DNA of 43,924 bases from a virus (lineage: Duplodnaviria; Caudoviricetes). Positions 16,152-27,200 of the stretch are shown here, in pieces; within the stretch, counting starts at the first letter, position 1, and each line of letters begins with the position of its first letter. The notes beneath the pieces are model-generated. The model worked only from the letters and a program-made list of their open reading frames with translations, made no database searches and was not told the DNA's origin. The translations under genes were made by a program, and so were the position numbers. The stretch is from positions 1 through 43,924 of IMG/VR virus record IMGVR_UViG_3300046479_000024; one strand, 5' to 3'.

Positions 16152-18536
16152 TTAGAACACCGTCACATTATATGCAAGACTCGCTGGCGTGCCAGTTCCG
16201 CAGACATAGACCGTCACTGTATTTGTTGCCGTCACTGATGCCCGAAGATTAAACGCTCCTCCCACATCAGCGCCCGTTGTGCTGCTAACTACTACTGGAT
16301 GCCCGACCACTGCACCCGTCACGCTTGCCGTGCCTGAATCGCAGGTTGCCGTTAGAGCTGTTCCGGTGATCGTTCCTGTTGTACCATTGACCGCAAGCTG
16401 CACATACCCCGCCGCTGGACCCTGATAGCCGAGAGCCGTCTGAGGAATGACTGGGCCGTTAGAGTTAACCAAGGACTTTATGTGGAATATCCCTGCATTA
16501 TCAACATAGGCTGGATTGTTCCAGCATCTCCCGTTTACGTCGAAACCTACAGAACCGAATCCTACGTTACCCGCAAAATCAATACAGAATGCTTTGAATA
16601 GGCCGTCTGTGCCCAATAGCGTGATGTCGTACCCCGTCCCGCCGCTTACCTGCGCTGTATCCTCAAAGCCAGCGGAGCCGGAGAGATTGCCGAGATAATT
16701 GTACGAGTTAAGTCCCTCGAAAATAGGGGCCAATCCTGTGCCAGCGCCGTTGGTCTGGATTCCCACACTCTGCGGCCCGCTTCCTCCTATTGCGACGTTG
16801 TTATTGGATGCAACTGTTATGCTTGGGTTCCCAAGTGCGATTCTCGCCAAGTTAAAAGAATTAAGTCCAATTCCACTTTCTAGAAGGTAAACATTTGCAT
16901 TGATCGATGGTGCCGAGAGAGGGTCTATCGTAGCGGTAACTTGATAGTCACTTGATCCTATTAGCAGATTCTTGTTTGCACTGCCGTTAGCATTAGAGAT
17001 CGGGGTTATAGTGTCCCAAATCTTCACGGATGACAACGTGTTGTATTGGATATTCTGAGTCCCCAAATAGGAGATGCCTGCCGTGCTCAAAGCGCCTTCA
17101 ATCTGCACGTTTGAGAAGGTATTTCCGGCAATACCAATTGAACCGCTTACGGCGTTAAAGGCCAAATTGTCAGCCCCAAAAGAAGTCAGTGACAAATTCG
17201 AGAAATTCATACCGTTGATATACGTTCCCGAACCAGCAGTGTAGAGATACACGCCGTGGAGCAATCCCTTGCAAGTCAGGTTATCGACCGCGCTGCTAGA
17301 GGACTGGATATACCCTCCAGACGGAGGAGCCATGTACAAGCAATATCCGCCCGCTGTGGCCATTCCCAGAACCGCGCCTGAGCCGCTTGCCCCAGGGAAC
17401 GGAACCTGAAAGGATGTGCTGGATAGCCCTGTAGCAGACACATTCAGCGTGAGTTTGTCCAGAGCGGTCGGCCCACTCAGCACCCAGAACGTCACAGGCT
17501 GACCAGCCTGAAACGAGTTGTTCATAGTCAGTGTGTAGACGTTTGCCGCACCAGAATATGCCGTGATCCCAGTTCCATCGCCATTGACAACTATGTTTTG
17601 AAGAGAAAACTGAACGTCGCCGCCGTTGATTGTATCTTCTACGTCAATTGCCTTCCCTGTGTATGCGATAGACGGGGGAATGTTTATCGTAGCTCCTATA
17701 AGTTTGCCGTTATTATCGACCTTGAAACCGCATTGCGTAGACGAGGACAATACAAAAGGAGAACTTGAATTCGCAATAAGAGTCTGAGCTATGCCTCCTA
17801 TTCCAATTTCAGGGCATGAGTCTACCGTCTGCGGACCAACAAATCCAGTAGCATCGCACACTCCACCATTTCCCGCTGCGGCTAGGCAAGCAGTAATTTT
17901 CTCTGACGCAGTAGCTCCTGCAAACTGATCCGCCTTCTGGATGTTGTTCAGCGATTTTGGCAACATATCCCCAGCCGCGACGGTGCCTGGGAACGTGCTT
18001 ACCTGAGAACTTGTGCCAAGCGTGCCAGTCTGTGTTACGCCTGTGATGTTCAGGTTCGCCCCGGCTGCGGTGGTCGCGCCTGTGCCGCCGCAGGGGATGC
18101 CGATAGGGTTTCCGCAGGAAGATGGGAAGTTTGAGCTATTCCCGGAAAATGGACCATAAGTTCCGTAGCTGCTCACAATCCAATAATCAAACACTCCACC
18201 GCCATACCAGAATCCCACGTTAGCGGTCACTCCCGATGATGCAGTACAAGTATTCCCAGGTAGCTGCACCATCTGCTCGGTCGATGGGCACGTCGTCCCC
18301 TCTGTAGAATCCGTGTAGGTTGTGATCGGAGCCGCTTGACAAGCTGCCAGCGTAGATGATGGATGTGTGCAAACATAGACAAGCGAGTTCGCAACCCACA
18401 ATGCTTGAGGCAATGGACCGCCGGTTATCGGAATGCTCGGCCCGGAAGTCAGTAAGGGGATGTCTACTCGTGCAGCCTGCCCAAAGGCGGAAACTGCGGC
18501 AAGTATCAGGGCGGTCAGTATGGCAATGCGCTTCAT
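16152..18536 (-). CDS. Putative tailspike/receptor-binding protein with N-terminal signal peptide
   Basis: Last gene of tail module; GGTGATTA motif, ADQFAG...ITACLAA...GGVCDA beta-helix entry, Asn/Gly/Ser-rich body. Confidence 0.7.
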   Translation of the reverse strand: MKRIAILTALILAAVSAFGQAARVDIPLLTSGPSIPITGGPLPQALWVANSLVYVCTHPSSTLAACQAAPITTYTDSTEGTTCPSTEQMVQLPGNTCTASSGVTANVGFWYGGGVFDYWIVSSYGTYGPFSGNSSNFPSSCGNPIGIPCGGTGATTAAGANLNITGVTQTGTLGTSSQVSTFPGTVAAGDMLPKSLNNIQKADQFAGATASEKITACLAAAGNGGVCDATGFVGPQTVDSCPEIGIGGIAQTLIANSSSPFVLSSSTQCGFKVDNNGKLIGATINIPPSIAYTGKAIDVEDTINGGDVQFSLQNIVVNGDGTGITAYSGAANVYTLTMNNSFQAGQPVTFWVLSGPTALDKLTLNVSATGLSSTSFQVPFPGASGSGAVLGMATAGGYCLYMAPPSGGYIQSSSSAVDNLTCKGLLHGVYLYTAGSGTYINGMNFSNLSLTSFGADNLAFNAVSGSIGIAGNTFSNVQIEGALSTAGISYLGTQNIQYNTLSSVKIWDTITPISNANGSANKNLLIGSSDYQVTATIDPLSAPSINANVYLLESGIGLNSFNLARIALGNPSITVASNNNVAIGGSGPQSVGIQTNGAGTGLAPIFEGLNSYNYLGNLSGSAGFEDTAQVSGGTGYDITLLGTDGLFKAFCIDFAGNVGFGSVGFDVNGRCWNNPAYVDNAGIFHIKSLVNSNGPVIPQTALGYQGPAAGYVQLAVNGTTGTITGTALTATCDSGTASVTGAVVGHPVVVSSTTGADVGGAFNLRASVTATNTVTVYVCGTGTPASLAYNVTVF

Positions 18537-19945
18537 TGGTTCTCCGTATTTGCGCTCCGTAGGGAGCGAATGTATGCAGCCATTGATTGAACTGGCGTGA
18601 GGGGTGCGGCGGCTTGCATCCCTTGGCCTAAGCCTTTTAGCCCATACGAGCCGCCACGAATAATACCGCTTTTAATCGGTCCCATCGGAGGCTCTGGAAC
18701 GCCTTGAGGATTACTCTCAACCTTGTTTAACGCTCTGCGGAACTGCCAATTTTCGATAGGCTCAAGAACGGTTGACCGCAAAGCCCTCGCCCCCATACTC
18801 CGCGCTGTGTTCCCACCTGCCGCTGCTGAGGCGGGGTCTACACCTGTATGATTCGCCATTGAGCGCAAACGGGCATTATCCGCAATGCTTCCCGTCTCGC
18901 CCATTCTACTTCTAAGGTTTCCTACCTCTTCTGCTGGCAGTCCTGCAAGTTCCCCCATCCGAGGATTGAGCTTACTTCTTAATTCGTCTGCCATCGCCGT
19001 TCTGCCCATCAACGCTTCGGTATTATTGATGCTCGGCGAATCCAGATAAGACTTGCTCGTTACCTCATTCAGATTATTTAGAGCCTGATCTGATTGTGCA
19101 ATAGACGGGTTAGGTCCAAGGGGTTGTCCAGTATGAGGAACAACATAATTTTTCAAGCGATCTGAAAGCGCAGTTGCCCCAATAGGTTCATTCGCCATTG
19201 GGGAGCTGATTTTCGCATACTCAGGAATTGCAACATTGGTACGGTAATTGTCTACCGCTTTCGAGTATTCCAGCGGATTACGCGCCCCTGTGGTTCCAAT
19301 CTCAGGTACGCGCTTTCTCAATGCAGCCGCGAGATTTTCTATTTGCGGTGATCTTGCCATCCCTCCCGTCAAGGGTCCGATTTTGCCTGCAAGATTATTC
19401 CAAGGCTTGTCTGCCGCCGCCGCTATTGATGCCGGTGTTTGCGGGTTGGTTGCCCTGATTCCGCTCTCTCCAACCGCAGATGCTCCCTTCCCCGCTAGAC
19501 CGATTCCCTTCCCTGCTAGATACCCCCCTAAAAGGTTTTCAACTGTCTGCGCTGGATTTTCAGCAAGAGAATGTCCTAGTTGCTGAGATATTGAATCCTT
19601 CGGGTCAAATGTTGCCAGCACTGGATCAATAGCGAGTTTCCCAACATTCATTAGCGAATCGATAGGATGAGCGAATGTCTGCGTAATAGCATTTCCAGCG
19701 CCTGATAGCGTGTTCATAGCCGCTGTACCAACGTGCTGCGGGATGCTCATGTCTTTCGTGTGCGGAATCATCGGGAACGTGCCGAGAGATGCAACTTTAG
19801 ACCCGGCAGGCGGGGGAATAGTTTCTCCCGGTCCCGCACCTGAAACGCCGGGACGCTGCACCGGGCGCAACTCCGCGCCGGGCGGTAAGCCTTGAATTGG
19901 GCGAAGTTCTGCGCCTTCCGGTAATCCATCAATGGGCTGTGGCAT
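18533..19945 (-). CDS. Putative ejection/internal virion protein
   Basis: Position in podovirus-like module; LP.GAELRP repeat; Ala/Gly-rich. Confidence 0.6.
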   Translation of the reverse strand: MPQPIDGLPEGAELRPIQGLPPGAELRPVQRPGVSGAGPGETIPPPAGSKVASLGTFPMIPHTKDMSIPQHVGTAAMNTLSGAGNAITQTFAHPIDSLMNVGKLAIDPVLATFDPKDSISQQLGHSLAENPAQTVENLLGGYLAGKGIGLAGKGASAVGESGIRATNPQTPASIAAAADKPWNNLAGKIGPLTGGMARSPQIENLAAALRKRVPEIGTTGARNPLEYSKAVDNYRTNVAIPEYAKISSPMANEPIGATALSDRLKNYVVPHTGQPLGPNPSIAQSDQALNNLNEVTSKSYLDSPSINNTEALMGRTAMADELRSKLNPRMGELAGLPAEEVGNLRSRMGETGSIADNARLRSMANHTGVDPASAAAGGNTARSMGARALRSTVLEPIENWQFRRALNKVESNPQGVPEPPMGPIKSGIIRGGSYGLKGLGQGMQAAAPLTPVQSMAAYIRSLRSANTENQ

Positions 19946-21599
19946 TATTACCCCCCAATGGAACGTATCTACCGCTCACGGTATGCCCGACAAGTTTCCC
20001 TTTTACGTAAACTTCATTGTCTGCGCCTTGAGGTGCGCCGCCCTGTGCTGGCTGGTTGCCGCCCTTTGGTGCTGTATATCGCGTCGCATTGATCCCGGAA
20101 GACATAGGCTCTGTGACACTTCCAAGGCCGTTAAAATAAGCCTTGAGAGATTCTGGTTTCTGCTTAAGTCCTCCAGAAGCCTTGTCGAGATATTGCGCCA
20201 ATTCAGCAGAACGCATTGCATGAAGCGCGGGCATCAGAGATGTAAAAGACTTTATCTGGCCCCACAGATATTGCGCCTCAGGATCAGGGTCGCCAGCTAG
20301 TTGCTCGAAAGTCGTCCAGCGTCCACCAGCAGGCCCAATAGCTCCTACTCTTGCGGCAGCATCAATGGAAGACATCAACTGCGGCTTCATTGCATCAACT
20401 GCATTTGCGACTGCAAGCCTATTAGTGAGAGTTGCACCTAGACCGCCCTTAAACCCGACAGGCTGCCCGTCAATCATCGGAGCGCCGGGAATCGGCTGAC
20501 CATTCGGTCCTATCCCGTAATAATCGGCATTGAATCTATTCCCTGCGATTCCCGCCTGTGTCTCCATAGCGCCAGCACGGCCCGCTCCAGATTGTGCATT
20601 CTGGAAGCCAATTGGATCAATCGCCTCTAGTTGTCCCATCAAGCGTTTAGCTTCGGGTCCGTTTCCTTTGTTCAGCGCATCAACTACGCCATTCTGTAGT
20701 TGCTTCTTCATATCTACAGGTTTTGGAGTTCCGGCAATTGGTTTTCCATCTGGAGTAGTCAGTGGAATGCCGACTCCGGGATTGTTTGGATCAAGACGGT
20801 ACATTGCTCCATCTGCGCCCTGAATTGGCTTGGCGGTATCTTCTTTCGTTGTATTGATACCATGCTGCTTAATAAGCTGTTCCCATGCCTTCGGGTCCAT
20901 CTGGCTCCCCGCAAGATCGGGATTCCCCATTGCGGCAGCTTCTTCGGGTGTAACTTGATGGTTGCCGATAGCTTCGGCATGTGCGCCATAGTATCCAGCC
21001 TGTGCAGAGTGTAGCGGAACTTCTGATTTCAGGTTTTGTGCCTGCGCTTCTTTCTCCGCGTTGGCCTCATCTTCGGTCACTGCGCCCTGCGCCTCACCGA
21101 GCTTTGCGTTGTGCTGTTCAGTCGTTCCCGGCATGACTTGGCCGATAGACGAAAGCGAGTTGCCCAGCACAGGCAATCCTTTGAGCGACATTGCAAGGTC
21201 AGCCGCCGTCGCCGGAATCTGCCCAGCTATGCCGAGTAGCTTTCCAAGGCCCGGATGGTTCTGCCCCCATTGACTGCCTGTGATCTTGCCGTAGACATTC
21301 TCCAGTCCCGGCTTACTGTTTTGGAGTTGCGCGAGTCTGGCCTCATTTGCGGTGGGCTGTGTCGCTTTCTGCGGTTGGGCTGTTGGCTGTGGGGATGGCG
21401 TGATAGGCGGGGCAGTCGCACCCGCTGCCGAACTGGAGGGCATCATTGCCGGGGCAGGCGTACCAGCCGGAGCAACACCATCTCGAATCGCTATCTGCTG
21501 TTGCAAGAGTGCGCGAAGTCCGGGATGAGCAAGAATCGGATTCCCCGTTTCCTGCTGTCCATTATTGCCCGTGTTTTGGTCGATAGGTGCCAGCATCAC
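19929..21599 (-). CDS. Putative ejection/internal virion protein
   Basis: Position; Gln/Ala/Gly-rich. Confidence 0.6.
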   Translation of the reverse strand: MMLAPIDQNTGNNGQQETGNPILAHPGLRALLQQQIAIRDGVAPAGTPAPAMMPSSSAAGATAPPITPSPQPTAQPQKATQPTANEARLAQLQNSKPGLENVYGKITGSQWGQNHPGLGKLLGIAGQIPATAADLAMSLKGLPVLGNSLSSIGQVMPGTTEQHNAKLGEAQGAVTEDEANAEKEAQAQNLKSEVPLHSAQAGYYGAHAEAIGNHQVTPEEAAAMGNPDLAGSQMDPKAWEQLIKQHGINTTKEDTAKPIQGADGAMYRLDPNNPGVGIPLTTPDGKPIAGTPKPVDMKKQLQNGVVDALNKGNGPEAKRLMGQLEAIDPIGFQNAQSGAGRAGAMETQAGIAGNRFNADYYGIGPNGQPIPGAPMIDGQPVGFKGGLGATLTNRLAVANAVDAMKPQLMSSIDAAARVGAIGPAGGRWTTFEQLAGDPDPEAQYLWGQIKSFTSLMPALHAMRSAELAQYLDKASGGLKQKPESLKAYFNGLGSVTEPMSSGINATRYTAPKGGNQPAQGGAPQGADNEVYVKGKLVGHTVSGRYVPLGGNNATAH

Positions 21600-22189
21600 T
21601 AACCACCATTTCTTGAAAGTGTATCACTTAAAGCGCGTCTCCCTGGCGCTCCAAATGGCTCGTCCATCGCCCCCGGCATGAGAGCTTGAGGCATTGCACT
21701 GTCTCCACCAGGGAATGATGGAGATGGCGCAATCGGATTTTCTATCGGCGTACTAGATTGGCTGTTTGATACGCCTGAATCTTTTCCCGCAGCATTCATC
21801 AATCCCGTAAGAGACTGATTTGCTTGTTTCACGGATGGACGCTTCATAAAAGCATCTGCTTTGTCTAAAAATGATGGGGATTTTGGTCCTATACCGAGGT
21901 TTGATGCAGCAGAGCTTCCATCGTTCCCCGCTGCTGACATTGCGGCACTTGGCGATCCATCAGAGGCAGCAGCGCCACCGGAAGGCATAGAAGCCCCTGC
22001 TGATTCTCCGCCACCACCTATTCCAAATTTAGAGCCAACCGCTTGAGCGCCATGCTCGATTCCCTGACCGGCGGCTTCGGCTCCATGCCCTACGGCTTCT
22101 CCAGCCGCCGCCGCACCATGAGCAACCGCTTCACCTGCAGCCGCCGCGCCGTGCCCTAACGCCATGATCGCTGGAATAAACCAGGCCAT
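21599..22189 (-). CDS. Putative ejection protein (Ala/Gly-rich, HGA.AAGEAV repeats)
   Basis: SD AAGGAG; position. Confidence 0.55.
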   Translation of the reverse strand: MAWFIPAIMALGHGAAAAGEAVAHGAAAAGEAVGHGAEAAGQGIEHGAQAVGSKFGIGGGGESAGASMPSGGAAASDGSPSAAMSAAGNDGSSAASNLGIGPKSPSFLDKADAFMKRPSVKQANQSLTGLMNAAGKDSGVSNSQSSTPIENPIAPSPSFPGGDSAMPQALMPGAMDEPFGAPGRRALSDTLSRNGG

Positions 22190-22198
22190 ACACTCTCC

Positions 22199-22696
22199 TT
22201 AGAGCAACTTGCTCCAGATAGACTTCGTGTTTTCCTCGTTCTCCATTGCATTGTTCGAGGCATTGAGGTTCGAGGCGGCAGCGTTCAAATTAGAAGAATA
22301 CAATCCGCCAAGTCCCTGAATCCCTTGCTGCTGTTTTTGGTTGGCAAGGTTTGCGTTTGCCATCTCTGTGCCAACAGCCGCTTTGGAAAGATTTGCCCCA
22401 GCGCCACGAGTTGCAGAGCCGATGGCATTTTGCGCTGCTCCAGCGTTCTTGGTACGCGCAGCATATAGCCCGCCCTGCCCCACAGCGCCCGATTCTGAGC
22501 CTCCGGCGCTCTCTTGGGCCGCAGTGTTCATCTGGGCCTTCTGCATGGGCGTATAGCCGGAAGGATGGGACGCTTCGGCCTGTAGCGTAGGCTCCAGACC
22601 GCCGTAGATGTTAGAGGCGTTGGCGTTCTCGGTATTTGACGCTGCTTGAGCCGCCCCCGAATTGTTGAATAATTGAGTTGATGCGCCTTTTCCCAC
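22199..22696 (-). CDS. Putative pilot/ejection protein
   Basis: MGKG start, Asn/Ala/Gln-rich; follows the GNAT-like gene. Confidence 0.55.
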   Translation of the reverse strand: MGKGASTQLFNNSGAAQAASNTENANASNIYGGLEPTLQAEASHPSGYTPMQKAQMNTAAQESAGGSESGAVGQGGLYAARTKNAGAAQNAIGSATRGAGANLSKAAVGTEMANANLANQKQQQGIQGLGGLYSSNLNAAASNLNASNNAMENEENTKSIWSKLL

Positions 22697-23101
22697 TTAT
22701 GGCCCCCAATCCCTAATCGTGAAACTAGGCCAGTTTTTGACCCATCCAAACAGCTTCACGAGATGTCTCCCGTGCGACTTCTCAATCTGCGGAGGCAGAA
22801 AAGCGTTTGCCTCTGTAAACCCTTTAGGTACTATCTTATCCCGAATCGAATCATGGAGCATTTTTATGGCTTGCATCTTTACCAACGGATGTACTGAGCC
22901 GCCCGGAGCACAAAACAGCACAACTTCGGCAACCCGCTTCGCCATTGCCCCCATAATCGGCACATCATCTTCTCCCACAACCACATCAGCCGCCTCAACC
23001 GAAAGCGAGTCCAGAGCAGGAAAGGGATAGTCATATCCTGCCGCCGCATGGATGGCTCTGATTGTCGGAATGTCTCTCTCTTCCATTGGGCGCACTCTCA
23101 T
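22697..23101 (-). CDS. GNAT-like protein of tail module
   Basis: MRVRPMEERDIPTI...LFGW pattern; T7 gp13-like position. Confidence 0.55.
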   Translation of the reverse strand: MRVRPMEERDIPTIRAIHAAAGYDYPFPALDSLSVEAADVVVGEDDVPIMGAMAKRVAEVVLFCAPGGSVHPLVKMQAIKMLHDSIRDKIVPKGFTEANAFLPPQIEKSHGRHLVKLFGWVKNWPSFTIRDWGP

Positions 23102-23643
23102 TTTCCACCTCTGTCCGGCGGCTTGCTCCCGCGATATGGTCCACCAAACCCCGGCGGCTGGCTAGCGCGAGTCGTTCCTGCACCTTGCGAAGGAAGTAGT
23201 GACGTAGCCCCCACTCCTCCGGTTACAGTCTTGGAATAGCGAACTGCGCTCGAAGATAAGCCGCTCGGATAGGTAGTGCGGACCTGATAACTCGCCTTCA
23301 AATTTCCTACAGGCAGAATCCCGTTTCTTGAAGCCCCCACATCGTAGGTATGCGTCACCTTTCCAGCCGTCGCATCAATCCGATATGTCGCGCCTTTGTA
23401 GAAATCAGCGTTGTGCGTAATTGAGAATTGAACCCCTTGAGGATGCGATACGACCTTCAACGCATCAGGCGCGGGCGGTGCGGCTGGCGTTCCGTGCAGA
23501 TTGCTGTTCGTCTGAGTCTCCAGGGTATTCACACCAGAGATGATGTCCTTCACCATCTCGTGCAGTCTTGCACCTGCATCGGCAGGCAAAGTGTCACCTT
23601 TGAGAGAACGGAGCCAGTCGAGATTGCGGACCTGTAGAGGCAC
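23098..23643 (-). CDS. Hypothetical tail-associated protein (start GTG 23643)
   Basis: Operon context; beta-rich C-half. Confidence 0.65.
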   Translation of the reverse strand: MPLQVRNLDWLRSLKGDTLPADAGARLHEMVKDIISGVNTLETQTNSNLHGTPAAPPAPDALKVVSHPQGVQFSITHNADFYKGATYRIDATAGKVTHTYDVGASRNGILPVGNLKASYQVRTTYPSGLSSSAVRYSKTVTGGVGATSLLPSQGAGTTRASQPPGFGGPYRGSKPPDRGGK

Positions 23644-23672
23644 TTGACACCCCACGTTGGATTTGGTACTAT
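23644..23672 (+). promoter_or_regulatory. Antisense promoter TTGACA-17-TACTAT
   Basis: Near-perfect consensus with extended -10 TG; ATG 6 nt downstream. Confidence 0.8.
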
Positions 23673-23678
23673 TCGCTT

Positions 23679-24203
23679 ATGCCTACTTCAACATTTACGT
23701 GCGAGTTGTGCAGTTTGTCGGTTACAAAGTATTACAGACCTTCAAGTTTGCGCCATTTCTGTTCAAGGAAATGTTTCCAACTCTGGGCTAAATTGCACCC
23801 AGAATGCGTTGAGCCACACAAGCGCGCTACAGGGCCACGTCCAAATGCGGCTCATCCAACCAAACTCTCTGCGGACCTGAATAGAAAATTGGTGCTTGAA
23901 TTTCTTGAACACCGCCTGAATACGAGGCAAATAGCCGCCAAATATGGCGTAGAAAAAACTTCTGTAGTCAACGCGGTGAATGCTGCTGGATTCACGGGAA
24001 AAGATGGTACCTGGGTATCCTTCCAGTGCGAGACTTGCGGTAAGAATTCCTCTGCGCCTCGATGGAGATGGAGAAAACACAAGCATCATTACTGCTCTCC
24101 GGGTTGCTATTCGGAGGGACAGAAACTCAGACATACGGGCATAGTGGCGCGAAAGAATCCGTTTTGTGGGGTAATAATCGTTCCTACTTATAGTCGTCAT
24201 TGA
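23679..24203 (+). CDS. Zn-ribbon/HTH protein, opposite strand to late operon (degenerate homing endonuclease-like)
   Basis: CELC..FCSRKC, HTH (TRQIAAKYGVEKTSV), CETCGK..YCSPGC; no HNH core. Confidence 0.7.
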   Translation: MPTSTFTCELCSLSVTKYYRPSSLRHFCSRKCFQLWAKLHPECVEPHKRATGPRPNAAHPTKLSADLNRKLVLEFLEHRLNTRQIAAKYGVEKTSVVNAVNAAGFTGKDGTWVSFQCETCGKNSSAPRWRWRKHKHHYCSPGCYSEGQKLRHTGIVARKNPFCGVIIVPTYSRH

Positions 24204-27200
24204 TTAACCCCGCTCGTTATCAGTTTGGCATCCCGCAGGAACGCGGTCAGCCGTGACATGACGAAACTATTATCCGTGCCGTTGATCGGAGAACTGCTGA
24301 TCTTGATTGCGATTCTTTCCCCGGTACACATCCCGCCGCCAAATTGCCTGTCCTTGCGGAACCCTGGCGTTAATACCCGCGTCGTGCTGAGAGGCCATGG
24401 AGTCGTCAAATCATCAGGATAATAAGTTGCCGTTACCTGTGAATTCGTGTCGCCGGGTTGCGGCTGAATATAGGCCATCAAGTAGGCCATAAGCAACCGT
24501 TGTCCTTTGAGTTGCAGCGCCGTAGCCTTTTCAGGGTCGATGAAAAAGTACGTCGTGTAATACGGGTAAATCTGGCCAAAATCATCGTCTGTGAATTTAG
24601 CAGGATTCAGCGTGTAGACATTCCCATACCCACCTGTCACTCCGGGAGTCTGGCCGTTGCCGCCGCCTAGAACCAACGAGAGCGCACCAGCAGCTCGGTA
24701 CATTCGCGCCGCGCAATTTGCCTGGATATGCCACGGTGCCCACTTGCGGGAATTGTCCGTTGCAATCAATTTCCCCGCGAACGAGGGATGGAATGGAGGA
24801 CTGTTCGCTATTGACTGCGCACTGCCCAGATTCCGATAGTTGAGGACATAAATCCTGTTCGGGGCGGTTGCCGTTCCTATTGGTAAGCCAAACATCAGCA
24901 GACGTTGCACAGGGTCATTCACTCCCCACGCCGTCAGCGAATCCGCCATATTGATTTGCAGACCATTGTTAGGCCGTGTCGGATCGTACCAATTCGGCTG
25001 AATCTCTTGGCTGATCTTTTCTACCTGGCCTCCGCCAAAGATGATCGCGCCGCCCTCTGAGGGCCATGCCATCCACTCATCGCCGCCGGAAGCTGCCGTA
25101 TCGTCCGCCTGTGAGTGCGTAAGTCCAAAAGCCGAGAGAACGCCGCAGTTGGCCGCAACTTCGTCTATCTCCCACCCAGAAGGCTCATTCGTTGCGCTGC
25201 CGCTGGTTTCATGGAGTCGGCCTGTAGGAGCTTGAGTAAGCAGGTAAAGCGAACTATGCAGAACCTCCATGTCCATCAACTTTGACGGGTCATCCGCGCC
25301 AAATTCTCCCGTTGTGCCGTCGAATCCCTCTGGATTGTTGACGTAACTCGCATTGGCAAGCTGGTCGGTGTAGGGAGTTTCTGTTGGAATCGGCCATAGT
25401 TCATCAATTATTACCGTAGGGCTTCCAATGGGATTTGATACCCACACAGATAACAGCATATCGGCAGGAATGGTATCGGGAGTCTCCGCAGATAATGTGA
25501 TTTCTATATACCCCGGAGTTGCTGGAGCAAAGGCATAGGAAGATTGATTGTATCCGGTCGATGCGCTTGTCAGCGACCAATAGATGTAGTCTAATCCTCC
25601 AACGCCATTAGTCGTAGCCCATAGGCGCAATTTGTAAATCAGGTTTGGCGAGAAGATCGGATCACCATAGCAATCCTGATATGCAGATTGCGATATTGTC
25701 GTTACTCCCGCTCCTTGGGTGGCTATGAATTGTAACTGCCCTCCCGCTGGCCGGGATGATAAGGAAACGACCGTAGGAGGATTAGTTCCTGTTACGGTCC
25801 ATCCTTGCGGCGCTGTCACTCCGGCGGCATCAGCATCAAAACCCATATTGAGAAGATTCTGTACCGTATTGCGCTGGCCCCACGTAGTCAGCCGGGAGAG
25901 AAATGCGCCGAATCCGAGCGCTCCGTCAAGCACGATCTGGTTAGCGATATTGTTCCCGGCGATACTTACCCCGATTGCCGCGTAGAGCGTATCATCCGAG
26001 AAATCAAGCAACACGGAAGTTGTCGTGTTGTCGTCAATCTGCGTTGCCGTGCCAACGATCTGTCCCTCAAGCATCGGAGTGACAGGAATATAGAAGAATG
26101 GCGGCAACTCGCCCGGCACGTCAGGCTGTGCGCCTGTGAAAATCAGGATGCGCCCAACCCAGTTTGACGGGCCGGGTAAAATGTTTGTCACACTTGGATA
26201 TTGCCCACCGTTGGAAATGAACGTAGAAAATGGGCCAGGTGCGGTTATCGCACCCTGCCGTGTGATTCCGCACATAGCAACCAAGTGCAATCCCGGCCCA
26301 AGTTGGCCGTATGGTGTTACCGTGCCTGTAGTTTCTACTGTGCTTCCGTTCGGTCCTTGCTGTTGGCATATAAACGAAGTAGGCCCAAGAATCGCGGAGA
26401 CGTAGAGTATTCCATCCCACGGGAAACCTACTGTGCCACTGCTCCACGTTCCATCGCAATATGTGACTTGCACTTGGAAGGTCGTAGGAGTCGGGCAGGC
26501 TTGGACCTCGAAATAGGTAGGCATCATCGTTTGATCTGGCACCGGCCATGTAATCGACACGGAAAGCCCAGTTGCAGTTACCGACGATGTGCCAAGGCTT
26601 GAACTGAATTGATCGTAACTAATCTGATTAGGAGCGGGAACGGTGTTGACCGTGAATGAGCCGACAAAGATGCTTGTCGGGGTTCCGCTATCTGTTACTG
26701 AAATGACCGCTCCCGGCACAAGTCCGTGAACGCCGCTCCCTAAAGTAAGTGTGACATTCGTGCCATTCCAGAGCGCAGACCATCCGCTCGCTGCGCCGAC
26801 AAGGGAGGGCTGTACGCCCGTGATCGTCACATCCTCCATCGGCGCTAGACCGTGCGGAGTCGAGGTCGCAACTGTTGCAAGTCCGGCGTTGTCCTCATTG
26901 TTGATAACAATTGAGGTAATGGACGTGCCTACCGTAAGACTTCCGTTCCCTTGTAGTTGAGCTTGATAGCCTACTTTTAATCCATGCGCCGTTGCAGTAG
27001 AGGCAATGACCTGATTATTTGAGCGTATAAGCGACGATGCTGAACCTATAACGACAGAGCCGCCAGTCCCAGTCCCTTCCGTCGGGCCAGAATATAACAT
27101 CGTGAAAGCGATTGTATTTCCTTGGGAGTTTTGGAACCCTCCAGCAATTGCTCCGGTGAAGTTATATTGAGTAACGCTATTCCCGGAAACGGTTGCGCGA

